Part shown: piece after piece, positions 24,913 through 36,530 of the stretch
How positions within the stretch are numbered: the stretch's first letter is position 1
Layout: each line of letters begins with the position of its first letter
NCBI RefSeq assembly: GCF_009914755.1
Contig: NC_060926.1
Source of the DNA: the human T2T-CHM13v2.0 reference genome, Homo sapiens
Strand: one strand, 5' to 3'
DNA: 64,000 bases
Position numbers and translations under genes: made by a program
Notes under the pieces: generated by a model
What the model was told of the DNA's origin: nothing
The model's input: the letters and a program-made list of their open reading frames with translations, nothing else
The model's database searches: none

Positions 24913-25260
24913 CTGGGAAAGAAAAGAAGTCTTGAGCCTATTCCCTTTCTTCTTTCTCCCAAACACGATAGTGCACTAGGTGGTTGTTTCTTCTTCCTTT
25001 GATAGATTTTCAAAACATAAAAAAAAGAAAATGGATGCTCTGATTACTTAAGAGATGTGCCCACATTTTCAGAACTAGTAAGTGAAAGTTGGGACTTTGC
25101 CCAGTCTGCCAGCCAGCTAAGCCCACGGGTCTCCTGCTCTCACAGGTTGTTGGCTCAACAATCTCTAGAGGCAAAGGCCCACACAATGGAGACCTGCAAC
25201 AAGACCCTGTCTCCTAGGAGTCAGCTGCTTTGTCCTCAGGGTGTCCTTGGGTGAGGCGGT

Positions 25261-25305
25261 ACCTTACCTACGTGAAGCCCAGAAAAGAGAAGAGACAAAA
25301 GGGTG
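25261..25305 (-). other. 5' splice site TAG|GTAAGG preceded by a pyrimidine tract (exon donor or recursive site)
   Basis: minus strand: cccttttgtctcttctcttttctgggcttcacgtag|gtaaggt. Confidence 0.35.
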
Positions 25306-25505
25306 CAGTTTGCTACTGCAATGGTGAGGAGAAAATGTACAAATTGGGGGAAACAGTAAATCCAGTATCAGGCTACTCTGGGGGATTCATGTCCCATTCC
25401 CTTCCCTTCACAGTTCCACATTCTAGACTTGTATGTGAAGATAAGCTGCTTTTTCTCCCAAATGCATATGTTAAATGTGTCTCACATACACACACACACA
25501 CTGCA

Positions 25506-25519
25506 GTTGCTATGGGAAC
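25506..25519. promoter_or_regulatory. RFX X-box-like motif
   Basis: GTTGCTATGGGAAC, 12/14 match to GTTGCCATGGCAAC. Confidence 0.35.
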
Positions 25520-26144
25520 CATCCTGGAGAATTTCCTGTCTTTTATGCAATTAAAATTTCACTCTCACATCTTCTTGAAGTGGAATACACTTTCATTCAC
25601 AAGAGGACACTAAGAAAAAGGTCTCCTGATGAGTTTCATTTCCAATGAGCAGGCTGAATTTCTCCAAATCGGATCATCTTCCAAGAGACTCCCAGCACGC
25701 TGGCAATCATCGAATTAGTCCTAATTAATGTTCAGGTGAGCATACAATGCTCAGGCACTGAGTGAGCCTCTCTCTCCTCTTGGCTCTGCAAACTACAGCT
25801 TCCCTGCTCCCTCTCAGAGACCCTCTAAAAGTCTCTTCACCTTCCTGGGCCTCTACCAGCCATCTGTGGCAGACCAGAAAGAAGGGGGAGCAAATGCCCA
25901 TTAATTCAAGGCTGCAGGAATTCTGCCATTGTGACAATTCTCAGAGGGCTCCACTCCAGTTAACCTTCCCTCTCTCGGTGGAGAAGGAGGCTTGCAAATG
26001 ACTCTTGTTAATACATTAATGTAAGCTAGCCAACTATTTCAAAGCACTGTGGAGGAGTCCATTTACAAACCTAACCTGGGAATTGCCAAGTCAGCATATA
26101 GAAGGACCGCTTGAGCCTATGTACAGATAAAAATCAGTTTTATC

Positions 26145-26530
26145 TGATATGGTTTGGCTCTGTGTCCCCACCCAAATCTCCATGTTGAATTGTAATCCTA
26201 ATGTGTTGGAGCAGAGGCCTGGTGGGAGGTGATTGCGTCATGGGGGCGGATTTCCCCCTTGTTGTTCTGGTGATAGTGAACGAGTTCTCAGGAGATCTGG
26301 TTGTTTAAAAGCATGTAGCGTTTTCCCATTCGCATGCTCTCTCCTGCTCCACCATGGGAAGACATGCTTGCTTCCTCTTCACCTTCCACCATGATTATAA
26401 GTTTCCTGAGGTCTCCCCAGCCATGCCTCCTGAACAGCCTGTGGAACTGTGAGTCAATTAAACCTCTTTTCTTTGTAAACTACCCAGTCTTAGGTAGTTC
26501 TTCATAGCAATGTGAGAATGGACTAATACA
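26145..26530 (+). mobile_element. MaLR solo LTR THE1D/MSTA with 5-bp TSD TTATC
   Basis: tgatatggtttggctctgtgtccccacccaaatctc...gagaatggactaataca; TTATC at 26140-26144 and 26531-26535. Confidence 0.95.
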
Positions 26531-26559
26531 TTATCTATTAATTTATCTATTATTTAGTT

Positions 26560-26765
26560 CATTGGGTTGGAAGCAGAAGACCTAAATTTATATCTCATTT
26601 GCAATATTTACCGCCTATGTGCTCCACAAATATTCAAAATTCCTTGAACCACACATTTCTCATCTGGAAAACAGGGCTAACAATGCATAGGGTAGTGTAT
26701 ACCAGATGATGTGGTAAATGACAAATGACAGTGTGAACTTTGCAAATTGCAGAATGTACATGTAA
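26560..26765 (+). mobile_element. MIR SINE
   Basis: ggttggaagcagaagacct...tttctcatctggaaaacagggctaac. Confidence 0.6.
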
Positions 26766-27569
26766 GTTGGTTTTATTGAAGTTATTGCCAATAAGGCCAA
26801 GTTCATATACAACTTGCTTGCCAAACTGTGAGTGAAAAATCACAGTTCACTCTATTATTTTATTACTTAAAAATGTTTTTAGTGAGTGACGAATATCAGG
26901 GCACATGTACATGTGGGCGGTGAGATTGCCATGAAAGTAGGCACCATGCTGGCTTAATCTCACTGGGCTGGGATCAAACCTTTCTTATCAATTCCTTAAA
27001 GCAGGATAACTGCCCTGTATCTGAAAGTAAAGTGCTTAGGCTTCACTGAAAAAACAAAAGCCAACCACTTAGAATGAGATACTCCTGGGTAACTCTGGAC
27101 TAGTCAGTTTTCAATACATAAAACCACTCTTTCTGCTATTTAACCCAGTTTTACAAATAGGCATAAAAATGAGCCAATGTCTTAGAGAAGATGGGAGCCT
27201 GACCTTGCTCCTCAGAATGCAGGAACACAAATCTGCTGAGGACAGAAAATATACATGAAAGCCCCAGCACACTGACCGAGAGTCTAGTCATAGATGATTG
27301 CAGTTGCTATGACCTAAACTGAAACTGATTATTTTCCAAAGTTTATGTCCCGCCTACCTCCTGTGGACTCAGCTGCTCTCAGGTAATATGACTGTAATGA
27401 ATGCTTCCAAGATTCCAAGAAATTGTGAAGGAGCTGGTGATGAATATTTAATACCGAGAGGTGAAGGATGATAAATAAACTGCATTTCTAATTTTCTCTC
27501 TGATGAGGACGTTCTACAAAGGCAAGCGGTGTGCAAAGCATTTGGGATGGCTCAAGCCCAATGACAGTA

Positions 27570-27790
27570 GTGATCAGGCTCCTGCTTGAGAGAGGCCACT
27601 ATGTGCCAGACACACCTGGGCACTTGGCAGTCATGTTCTCACAGCACCTTCAGAAGGGCCTGGCAAGCTAAGAATTCCTCTCACCATTTTATAGACAAAG
27701 TAACTAAGGTGCAGAGAGGGTGAACGACACACCACACAGCCAGTACATGATGGGAACAGACATGGGCATGAGCGTGTCTGAGTCCAGGAC
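27570..27790 (-). mobile_element. MIR SINE
   Basis: actatgtgccagaca...ccattttatagacaaagtaactaaggtgcagagagggtga. Confidence 0.7.
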
Positions 27791-28007
27791 AGCACGGCAC
27801 CCCTCCCACAGGCAGGACTGGGAAGAAGGAATTCCAGCAGTCATTGTCCTAACAATGTTCAAATAGCATAGGCTTGATGACACGTTATGAATTTCCAGAG
27901 AAATTTAATGCCCTTATGAGGAACACAAGGTTGATGGAAGGAATCATTGAGTGATCTCTCTACTATTGAACTATCTACTTCCCAGACCTTTCCTTCGCCA
28001 GGATTTT

Positions 28008-28095
28008 CACATATATACACATATAGAGAGAGAGAGATATGTTATATATATATGTATGTTATATACATGTATATATGTTATACACACACACAGCT
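28008..28095. repeat. compound TA/GA/CA low-complexity tract
   Basis: atatatacacatatagagagagagagatatg... Confidence 0.85.
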
Positions 28096-28396
28096 ATTCC
28101 AGTGCTACATGTGATTTTATATATATAACAAACAGCCACACATTTGCTTGCTATTCCAAAATCACTTATTGAATATCTCCCATATATAATGTAAGATATT
28201 AGACTTATTAGGTGATAAAAAGATGATTACAACTCAGTTCTTATCCTCATGGATTTCAGAGACTAGCAGGAGAAAACCTACATACTTAGATTACAAATAT
28301 AGTTATATTACAATAGTTATAATGCTACAACATAGTAAATGTCAAATCAAATTATAATTTGACATATCATATATATATAATACTCTAACATAGTAT

Positions 28397-29871
28397 TGTG
28401 TCCAGAATTTGTGGGTTCTTGGTCTCACTGACTTCAAGAATGAAGCCGCGGACCCTCGCAGTGAGTGTTACAGCTCTTAAGGTGGCGCGTCTGGAGTTTG
28501 TTCCTTCTGATGTTCGGATGTGTTCGGAGTTTCTTCCTTCTGGTGGGCTTGTGGTCTCACTGGCTCAGGAGTGAAGCTGCAGACCTTCGCGGTGAGTGTT
28601 ACAGCTCATAAAAGCAGTGTGGACCCAAAGAGTGAGCAGTAGCAAGATTTATTGCAAAGAGCGAAAGAACAAAGCTTCCACAGTGTGGAAGGGGACCCCA
28701 GGGGGTTGCCACTGCTGGCTCGGGCAGCCTGCTTTTATTCTCTTCTCTGGCCTCACCCACATCCTGCTGATTGGTATAGCCCAGTGGTCTGTTTTGACAG
28801 GGCGCTGATTGGTGTGTTTACAATCCCTGAGCTAGACACAAAGGTTCTCCACGTCCCCACTAGATTAGCTAGATACAGAGTGTCGACACAAAGGTTCTCC
28901 AAGTCCCCACCAGAGTAGCTAGATACAGTGTTGATTGGTGCATTCACAAACCCTGAGATAGACACAGGCTGCTGATTGGTGTGTTTACAAACCTTGAGCT
29001 AGATAGAGAGTGCCTGCCGATTGGTGTATTTACAATCCCTGAGCCAGACATAAAGGTTCTCCAAGGCCCCACCAGAGTAGCTAGATACACAGTGTCGATT
29101 GGTGCATTCACAAACCCTGAGCTAGACACAGGGGGTTGATTGGTGTATTTACAATCCCTGAGCTGGACATAAAGGTTCTCCACGTCCCCACCAGACTCAG
29201 GAGCCCAGCTGGCCCACCAGACTCAGGAGCCCAGCTGGCTTCACCCAGTGGATCCCGCACCGGGACTGCAGGTGGAGCTGCCTGCCAGTCCCACGCCGTG
29301 CGCCCACACTCCTCAGCCCTTGGGTGGTCGATGGGACTGGGTGCTGTGGAGCAGGGGGTGGCACTCACTGGGGAGGCTCGGGCCGCACAGGATCCCACGG
29401 AGGTGGTGGGAGGCTCAGGCATGGCGGGCTGCAGGTCCCGAGCCCTGCCCGGCGGGAAGGCAGCTAAGGCCCGGCCAGAAATCGAGCACAGTGCCAGTGG
29501 GCTGGCACTGCTGGGGGACCCAGTACACCCTCCGCAGCTGCTGGGCCGGGTGCTAAGCCCCTCATTGCCCAGGGCCGGCAGGGCGGGTCAGCTGCTCCAA
29601 GTGCGGGGCCCGCCAAGCCCACGCCCACCCGGAACTCCAGCTGGCCCACAAGCGCCACGCGCAGCCCCTGTTCCCGCTGGCGCCTCTCCCTCCACACCTC
29701 CCTGCAAGCTGAGGGAGCCGGCTCCGGCCTTGGCCAGCCCAGAAGGGGGCTCCCACGGTGCAGCGGCGGGCTGAAGGGCTCCTCAAGTGCAGCCAAAGTA
29801 GGAGCCCAGGCAGAGAAGGCGCCGAGAGCGAGCGAGGGCTGTGAGGACTGCCAGCACACTGTCACCTCTCA
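28397..29871 (-). mobile_element. ERV9 solo LTR (LTR12C), complete, 4-bp TSD GTAT
   Basis: minus strand begins TGAGAGGTGACAG and ends GGACACA; GTAT at 28393-28396 and 29872-29875; tandem CCAAT-containing subrepeats; CpG-rich U3. Confidence 0.97.
28700..29145 (-). promoter_or_regulatory. LTR12 core promoter/enhancer: seven CCAAT (NF-Y) boxes and AATAAA-type TATA element, oriented to the minus strand
   Basis: seven ATTGG on + between ~28770 and ~29143; gaataaaagcaggctgcccgagccagcagtggcaac on minus at 28740-28705 is the known LTR12 TSS region. Confidence 0.75.
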
Positions 29872-30109
29872 GTATCAAGTATTTTAAAATGCTCAAGCCA
29901 TTCAGAGGAGGGAGAAATTAATTTCCAGAGCAGAAGTCAAGGCAGGCTTTTGGGGATGCAGCATTTCTTCTGGGCTTTTAGGACATGAATGTTGGTAAGG
30001 GGAAGGAGATAGTGTAGGTGGAAGATGCCGATTCTGTACTCCATGTGTTTTGAATGATCAAGGAGTGTCTGGATTGGTGAAGATGATCTGGCAGTTGCTT
30101 ATATTCTTG

Positions 30110-30365
30110 TATTTATTTGCCCACTCATGCTTTTGATAAATACACAGGGAGTGCTTATCAAGTGCCAGGTGTGGTTCTAGGTACTGTGAACACAGCAACA
30201 AACCAACCCACTCATAAAACTTACATCCCAACACCAAGAAGACAGAAGAACAAATTCATTCTGCATCTCCCAGTTCTCAAAGCTATGAAGAACAATAAAC
30301 AGGTAAAGGGAAGAGAGGGAGAATTGTACTATTTTATGTAAACGGACTAGGGGAGGTCTCTCATT
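30110..30365 (-). mobile_element. LINE-2 (L2a) 3' fragment
   Basis: gagtgcttatcaagtgccaggtgtggttctaggtactgtgaacacagca. Confidence 0.7.
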
Positions 30366-31282
30366 CTCTCTTTAAAGGTGAGCCACTGTGTAGCTCCTTG
30401 AGAGTGAGGGGACGAAGGGTCTCAAGCCTCCTCCTCCTCTGAGCCTGAGCCCAGCCAAGAGATCTCTGAGCTCTTCTGACAGAACAGCTTCTCAGAAGTC
30501 ATTACCACTTTGTCACTTTTTTGAATTAGGCTCTAACCAACCAGGGGCAAAATATTTATGGCAAGACAGTCTTGGCTGTTAAAAAGCAAATCACATTAAA
30601 GCACCTGATATTTCAAGTTCTCCACTGGATTAGTTTTAATTAGAATGCTCTCTCGCTGCTGAAAGATAAATGCAGGACACAGTATCAGAAAATCGGCTTT
30701 ACTCTAGTGACTCGTGCAAGATAAATCAACTTGAGAAACTCTCAGTTGTTTTCAGACATCTATTTTTTAAATGCCGTAAAAAAATTGGACATACTTTAAA
30801 ATATTTTTAGGCCACTGGAATCTATAACATTTAAGAGTGTGTCTCAGAACCAAGGATTCAAATGCACAATCTCGCATTATCTTCACAAATTGGATTCCTG
30901 GCCTCTGGTCACTAATAAACTTAGTCTCCTTCAACGTAGAAAATCGTTTCTTTACTATCCAGTTCATTTAGCACAGCGTCAGTGTTTGTCCCTTTTTTAC
31001 TGTATTTTCTGATTTGATGCCAAATGTTTAAAATAAATGATATCTAGACCTACAAATCTATGCAAACAATTTACAGTTTCGGGAAATTTTTAAAAATAGC
31101 ATTCAATTAGAATTAAGGAAAAGTTTTGGCACACAAATCATGTTTTCAATATTTTTATCATTACATTTTCCTGATTTTTATATTTGTTTCAACATTGTAC
31201 ACAAGAATCCTTGATACTTTCCCCCAAACTGGCATGTGATGATTTATTACCTGCCAAACGGTGAGTGAGGAAAGAGTTACCC

Positions 31283-31580
31283 TTTGTTTTTAAGACAAGA
31301 GTCTCACCCTCTGTCCAGACTGGGGTGCAGTGGCACGATCATGGCTCGTGGCAGCCTCAACCACCAGGCTCATGTCATCCTCCCACTTCAGCCTCCCAAA
31401 TAGCTGAGACAACAGGCGCAGACCACCACTCCCAGCTGATTTTTTTTTTTTTTTTTTTTTTGTAGAGACAGGGTTGTGCAATGTTGCTCAAGCTAGCCTC
31501 GAACTTCTGAACTCAAGCGATCCACCCCCCCTTGGCTTCCCTAAGTGCTGGGATTATAGGTGTGAGCTACCAGACCCAGC
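31283..31580 (-). mobile_element. AluJ (Jo-like)
   Basis: gtgcagtggcacgatcatggctc...gcagcctcaacc; ctcaagcgatcc; central T-run. Confidence 0.92.
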
Positions 31581-31874
31581 AACAGTTAATTTTAATTAAG
31601 ACTTTAAAAAGTGTTTTCAGGGATCAGTGAGTGACAGATATCATACATTGTATTCTATGGTGAAGTTTATATTTTCAATAGTAAAATTATATTAATAAGG
31701 TTGTCAGGATCTGGATTCCTTAGGAAAAGCTGGGAGAACTTCCTGCCAGGAGTGAGCTTAACACCCAAACTGACAACAATTAAACATTGTTTCACTCAGA
31801 CATGCTGCAACTGTATTATGAATTTTGGCAAGTCTAAGTTACTTGTGCTTATAAAATAAAATCCTTAACACCAA

Positions 31875-32135
31875 ATTTTTAAAAATTCTTATTTTATCAT
31901 GGTAAGAATACTTAACACAAAACCTACCACCTTAACAGATTGTTAAATGCGCGCATGGGTATTGTTCTCTATAGGCATGATATTACACAGCAGACCTCTA
32001 GAATGTATTCATCTTGCATAACTGAAACTGTACACCTGTTGACTAGCGACTCCCCTTACTCGCTCCCCAACATCCCTGGCAGCCACCGTTCTATTCTGTT
32101 GCTTCTATGAGTTTGACTATTTTGCATACTCATAT
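31875..32135 (-). mobile_element. L1MA10/L1MB-type 3'UTR fragment
   Basis: ggtaagaatacttaac...cagcagacctctagaatgtattcatcttgcataactgaaact. Confidence 0.75.
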
Positions 32136-32899
32136 TTTAAAGGGGTAGGATTATTTATTTGGAAGAGCGATTCATTTAGTTATTCATTTACACAATGCAC
32201 TAGTCCTTTTCATCATTTTACTTTACAGTCAGAATAACTCTGGGAGATGGGCATTATTTCAAAGGTTAAGTGACTGCCCCAGGCCATGGCCACATGAGTG
32301 GCAAAGGCCAGACTGGAGCCCAGGAATTTCTGACTCAAGGGCAGAGGGGGCTTGTCCCTGCACTGCTGTTCCATTGGAAATGTAAAGGCGAAATAGGGAC
32401 CAGAGTTCCAGTGGCATTTCTTTCATCCAGATTCTCTTATCAAAGAAAGCTTGGCTGCCTACCTGCTAGAATTTAAGAAAACATGTGACCCTAAACAAGC
32501 CTCAGCAAGAGTTGAGAACACTGCACAACTCTCAGGAGACTATTTACTTCCATATTGCAGCTACCTGATACCAGGCAGTGTGATAGCTTGAACCATATTG
32601 CCGTAGTTTTCACAGAGAGTAAGAAACTTACTATACTTCTGTAGACATGGAAATCCTTTGAAATATTTGAGTGAGCAGTAATGTGATTGAGGGTATTGCT
32701 TTTAGGAGTAATTCTAGCAACATGTGAAGGATGGTTAGACCAGAGGTAAGGGAGACCAGTTTGAAGCCAATCCAAGATGAAAAGGCAAAGAACATGAAAA
32801 ACACAAATAACATCAAGAAACATATGTGGTAATGAACTTGGTAAAATACTTTGTTTTAATAGTGACTCAATAAGTTTACATGAATTGAACATAGGGTTT

Positions 32900-33480
32900 T
32901 TAATTTAAATTAGCAGAGTTCAAAAGTAAGAATATCTAGTGCTAATGAGCACGTATTATAATAGAAAAAAAATCACAGTCCTTCCAAGAAACAAATTGTC
33001 AGCCTTTATCAAGAACTTATCATATTGTTTGATTCAGAAATTCTGCCTTTGGAAATTGATTCAAAGGAATTCTCCGGAAGCCAGAAAAGAGGTTTTATGC
33101 ACGATGATGTTCATTATGGAATTTTTTATGAGAGTGAAAAAATGGAAAACACCTAGGTATTAATGGGGTATGTTTACTGTGTCGCCTCTATTTAAGGCAT
33201 TATTATAAAGCTATTAAAATATATAATTATTAAGATGGTTTTACTAAATAATAACTGAAAAAATATTAATTGTATACACAATATGATTACAACTATGCTT
33301 TAAAAATGAAATCTATGCTAGCGTAAAATATGAAGGATTCCCATGAAAAGGTCAAAGGTGATTTCTGTTTGGTGATAAGACTAAAGTCAATACTTTATTC
33401 TTCTTTCTGTGGTCCTATATAAAAATAAGCTTTATTTAATACATAACTATTCGTTTACAATTAAAAATACGATTTTTAAA
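32900..33480 (+). mobile_element. ancient L1ME 3' fragment
   Basis: gatgatgttcattatggaa...aaaaaatggaaaacacct pattern. Confidence 0.5.
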
Positions 33481-34554
33481 ATGTCTCTCCCAACTTTCCA
33501 AGCACCTGCTTTGCAAACTCAGATGTTCAAAGAAGCCAACTGGTTATGCATGTCCAGCCATCAGCAGTACTTGGGACAGGCCAGCAAGTACTTTCAGGTT
33601 CATACATGCTAGCTTGTCCCAATGAGCTCTCTGAGTTTATTAATCCTCACTGCTGCAGGAAGAGGTTTGTGGTTATTGTTCTGTTTCTGACTTTCATTTG
33701 TATTTCCTCTACTCCTTGATGTTGGTCATGAGCCTTCACTTAGGATCTACTTAAAACATCATTAAACACTATTTAGTCCTTCTTTGTCATCATTAAGGTA
33801 GACATTAAGTCAGGAATTCTTAACCACCCCAGGGGACCTTGGACATGATGCCAAGCAAGGACACAGGACCATATATCATTTCACTTTGCTTTCCACCAAG
33901 GGCATTTTTAATACATGTGCTGATTTTCATCTTCATAGAATTTGAACTAATTTTAAAACTAAATTATCCGGATACACTAGGTGAGGCAATTATCTAAGGC
34001 CAGCCACTGAGCGCCACCATGGTCTTTTTTTCCCACATAATGGGTAATTCCACTTAGAAACCAGCAGTGGCTGCTGAGACTCATTCAGTGACATGCTGTT
34101 TGATAGGTAGGAAGCCAATTCTATCAATGTTTTTGATTTTCCCTCTTAATGTTTGTTTCATTTATTCATGATTTTTAAATTCAAGCATATCTTAGAATTT
34201 GCCATCCTTTGCTCTCTTGATTTTTAAACTTATGCTGTTTATTTGAAGGAAGCGAAGTTTTTTTTATTGCAGTCCTTTTTCTTGTGGAGCTTTTTTGTTT
34301 TTTCTTTGCGAACTACATATTTTACCAGAAATCAGTATGTAGAGTTAGTGTAAAGGTCCCTGTTAATAGCTTGAGCTCTATCCCAGATTGTCTGAGCTTC
34401 TAATCTCATCAGATTGTCATCTGGGAAACTGTGATTCTTTCTTTTTAGTGGAGAGTGCATTGACCAAAAAAGATCTCCATCCAACTCCAGATATCAAGCA
34501 TGGCTCTCACTAGGATGATAGTAAAGGCTAAAGACCATTAAGTAACAAAATGTT

Positions 34555-34750
34555 TTGAAAATGAAAAGAGCTTGGATTTGGTCATCTGATCTAAGTTCAA
34601 ATCCCAGCTCCACAATTTAGTATACTGCATGACTTTAATAGTTACTTAAGCTTCCCAAAGTTCAGTTCCTAGCTCTGTAAAATGCAGATAATAATACCTA
34701 ACTTAAGAGCTATCATGAAGATTTACAAAATAATGTTTTGAAAGTGACAA
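34555..34750 (+). mobile_element. MIR SINE
   Basis: aagttcaaatcccagctccac...gttacttaa...ctgtaaaatgcagataataatacct. Confidence 0.8.
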
Positions 34751-35406
34751 AAACAAAATAACATGACATAATTTGGTCCCTCCATCTTAGGAAGATGTTG
34801 CTATGCAACAGATGTTCCAACCTGGACTCCCACTGACAATTTCCCCATTAGCCATGGCAACAACTTCCAACAGTTATGGCTCCAAAGTGTCACTCTCAAC
34901 AGCAATGACAACCCACAGAGGTAATTACACCCAGAAACAGCCTTCAGCAGTGGCAATGCCAAACAACTGTTGCCACTGAAGAGTCCGCATAGGGCCTCAT
35001 CATCTACTCCCTGGGTTCCTTAGTCACAGAGACCCCGCTAAGTTCTGTCTCTCCAGAGCACAGAGTACACCACTCTTGTGTGCTACAGGATGCTACCAAA
35101 GACCCATTCCTCTTGGAGTTAATTCACTAGATTAGTCTTGATGCATCTCCAGTTCTCTCCCATGGTTCCCTGATGCCAATCCAAGTCTGTGACATAACCT
35201 CTCACTCCAAGTGGCCTCTCCAAGGTCCATTCACTCCTGGAAGTGTACTTAGGTAACCAGGAACTTGACCAGAACCTACAGTTTCCTTTCTCATGTCCCT
35301 TCCACAAGGCACTATCTAATTGACATAAATGGTGCCTCAGAAATCACTCTGGAGAGCCCCTCATTCCTCAAGGTATAGACACCTCTGATCGGGGCTACTT
35401 GCTTAC

Positions 35407-35517
35407 CTGTGTACCATGATTTCACTTTCTATCATGATAATTAAATGCCACTCTCCTTAAACTTATTTAAAAAATAGGTGAAATCAGGTACACATTGTTT
35501 TATTTTCACTCCTTGCC
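35407..35517 (-). other. candidate 111-nt exon (stops in all three frames from the acceptor)
   Basis: minus strand: gctttcctgctattctttag|GGCAAGG...GGTACACAG|gtaagc. Confidence 0.35.
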
Positions 35518-36372
35518 CTAAAGAATAGCAGGAAAGCACACACAGCCAGATTGGGTATTTAAATCTTTCTAGTAGCAAAAATAAATAAATTTAAATTTTA
35601 AAAACACTTATATGGGTCTAGGTATTCCCACCTCATTGTTTAAAAAATATACCTCATTTATTGGTCCCTTTGATCCTCATAAAATTTCTGTTAATCAGTT
35701 CAGGCATTTAAATTTAATAAGTGAAAAAACTGAGGATTAGCAAATTAAAGTGATTTTCCCAAGGCCATCTAACCAGTGACAATCAGAATCAGCCTCTGGG
35801 TCTCATTCAGGTTTGACTCTGAGTCCAATGCTCTCCTTAATGCACTAATAGCTGTGAGAATGCTGAACTACCATCAAGAATGACCTTTGCTAAATGACAA
35901 ATGTCATAAATTCTGATAAGTAAAAACATCGCCCCTTGTTTCACAAAGGTTTGTGGACTGAGACAAGAAAAAGGAATAACCTCTCTCTTAACCAGTCTCC
36001 AGCAATCCCAGGCACAAATGGTAATCTATCCAAAGCAATTCTACAATGGCAATGTCAAGGACTCACTCATACACTGACAAATAAGAAGTACACCATCATC
36101 CTCAAGTTATTTCCTTAATGTTGTAAATACCCATTAGAAAAAGATTTATCTGTTTCCTTTTAAAGGCTGATAAAAAAAAAAGTCTCCAATTTTCAAAGAT
36201 TCTTAAACTTGAACTACTAAAAATACTATTTTCAGAGCCCAAAATGAAGCTCTATGTGGTTGTTACCTCAAGTGGGCTCAGTAAATAATGCAGAAAGTAA
36301 CTGGAAAGGCTAAAGCCATGAAGGATATAACATGTTGCCACAACCACAAGCTAGCAAGGTAACCTGCAACAT

Positions 36373-36374
<2 letters not shown>

Positions 36375-36418
<44 letters not shown>

Positions 36419-36530
36419 TATATATGTAGGAATGCATATATATATACATATATATGTAGGAATGCATATATATATATATATATATATACGGTGCATATGT
36501 ATGTGTGTGCATGCATGTGTGTACACAGAG
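36375..36530. repeat. compound (CA)n/(TA)n microsatellite with a duplicated catatatatgtaggaatgcatata unit
   Basis: CA run at 36376-36410 followed by TA runs and two copies of atgtaggaatgcatat. Confidence 0.95.

Noticed and set aside
28800-29190. Repeat-spacer-like array reminiscent of CRISPR
   Set aside because: These are the normal LTR12 CCAAT subrepeats; eukaryotic DNA, no unique spacers, no cas genes
29108-29865. Several 74-212 aa ORFs on both strands
   Set aside because: All lie in the GC-rich LTR12C U3, where stop codons are naturally rare; no domain recognised
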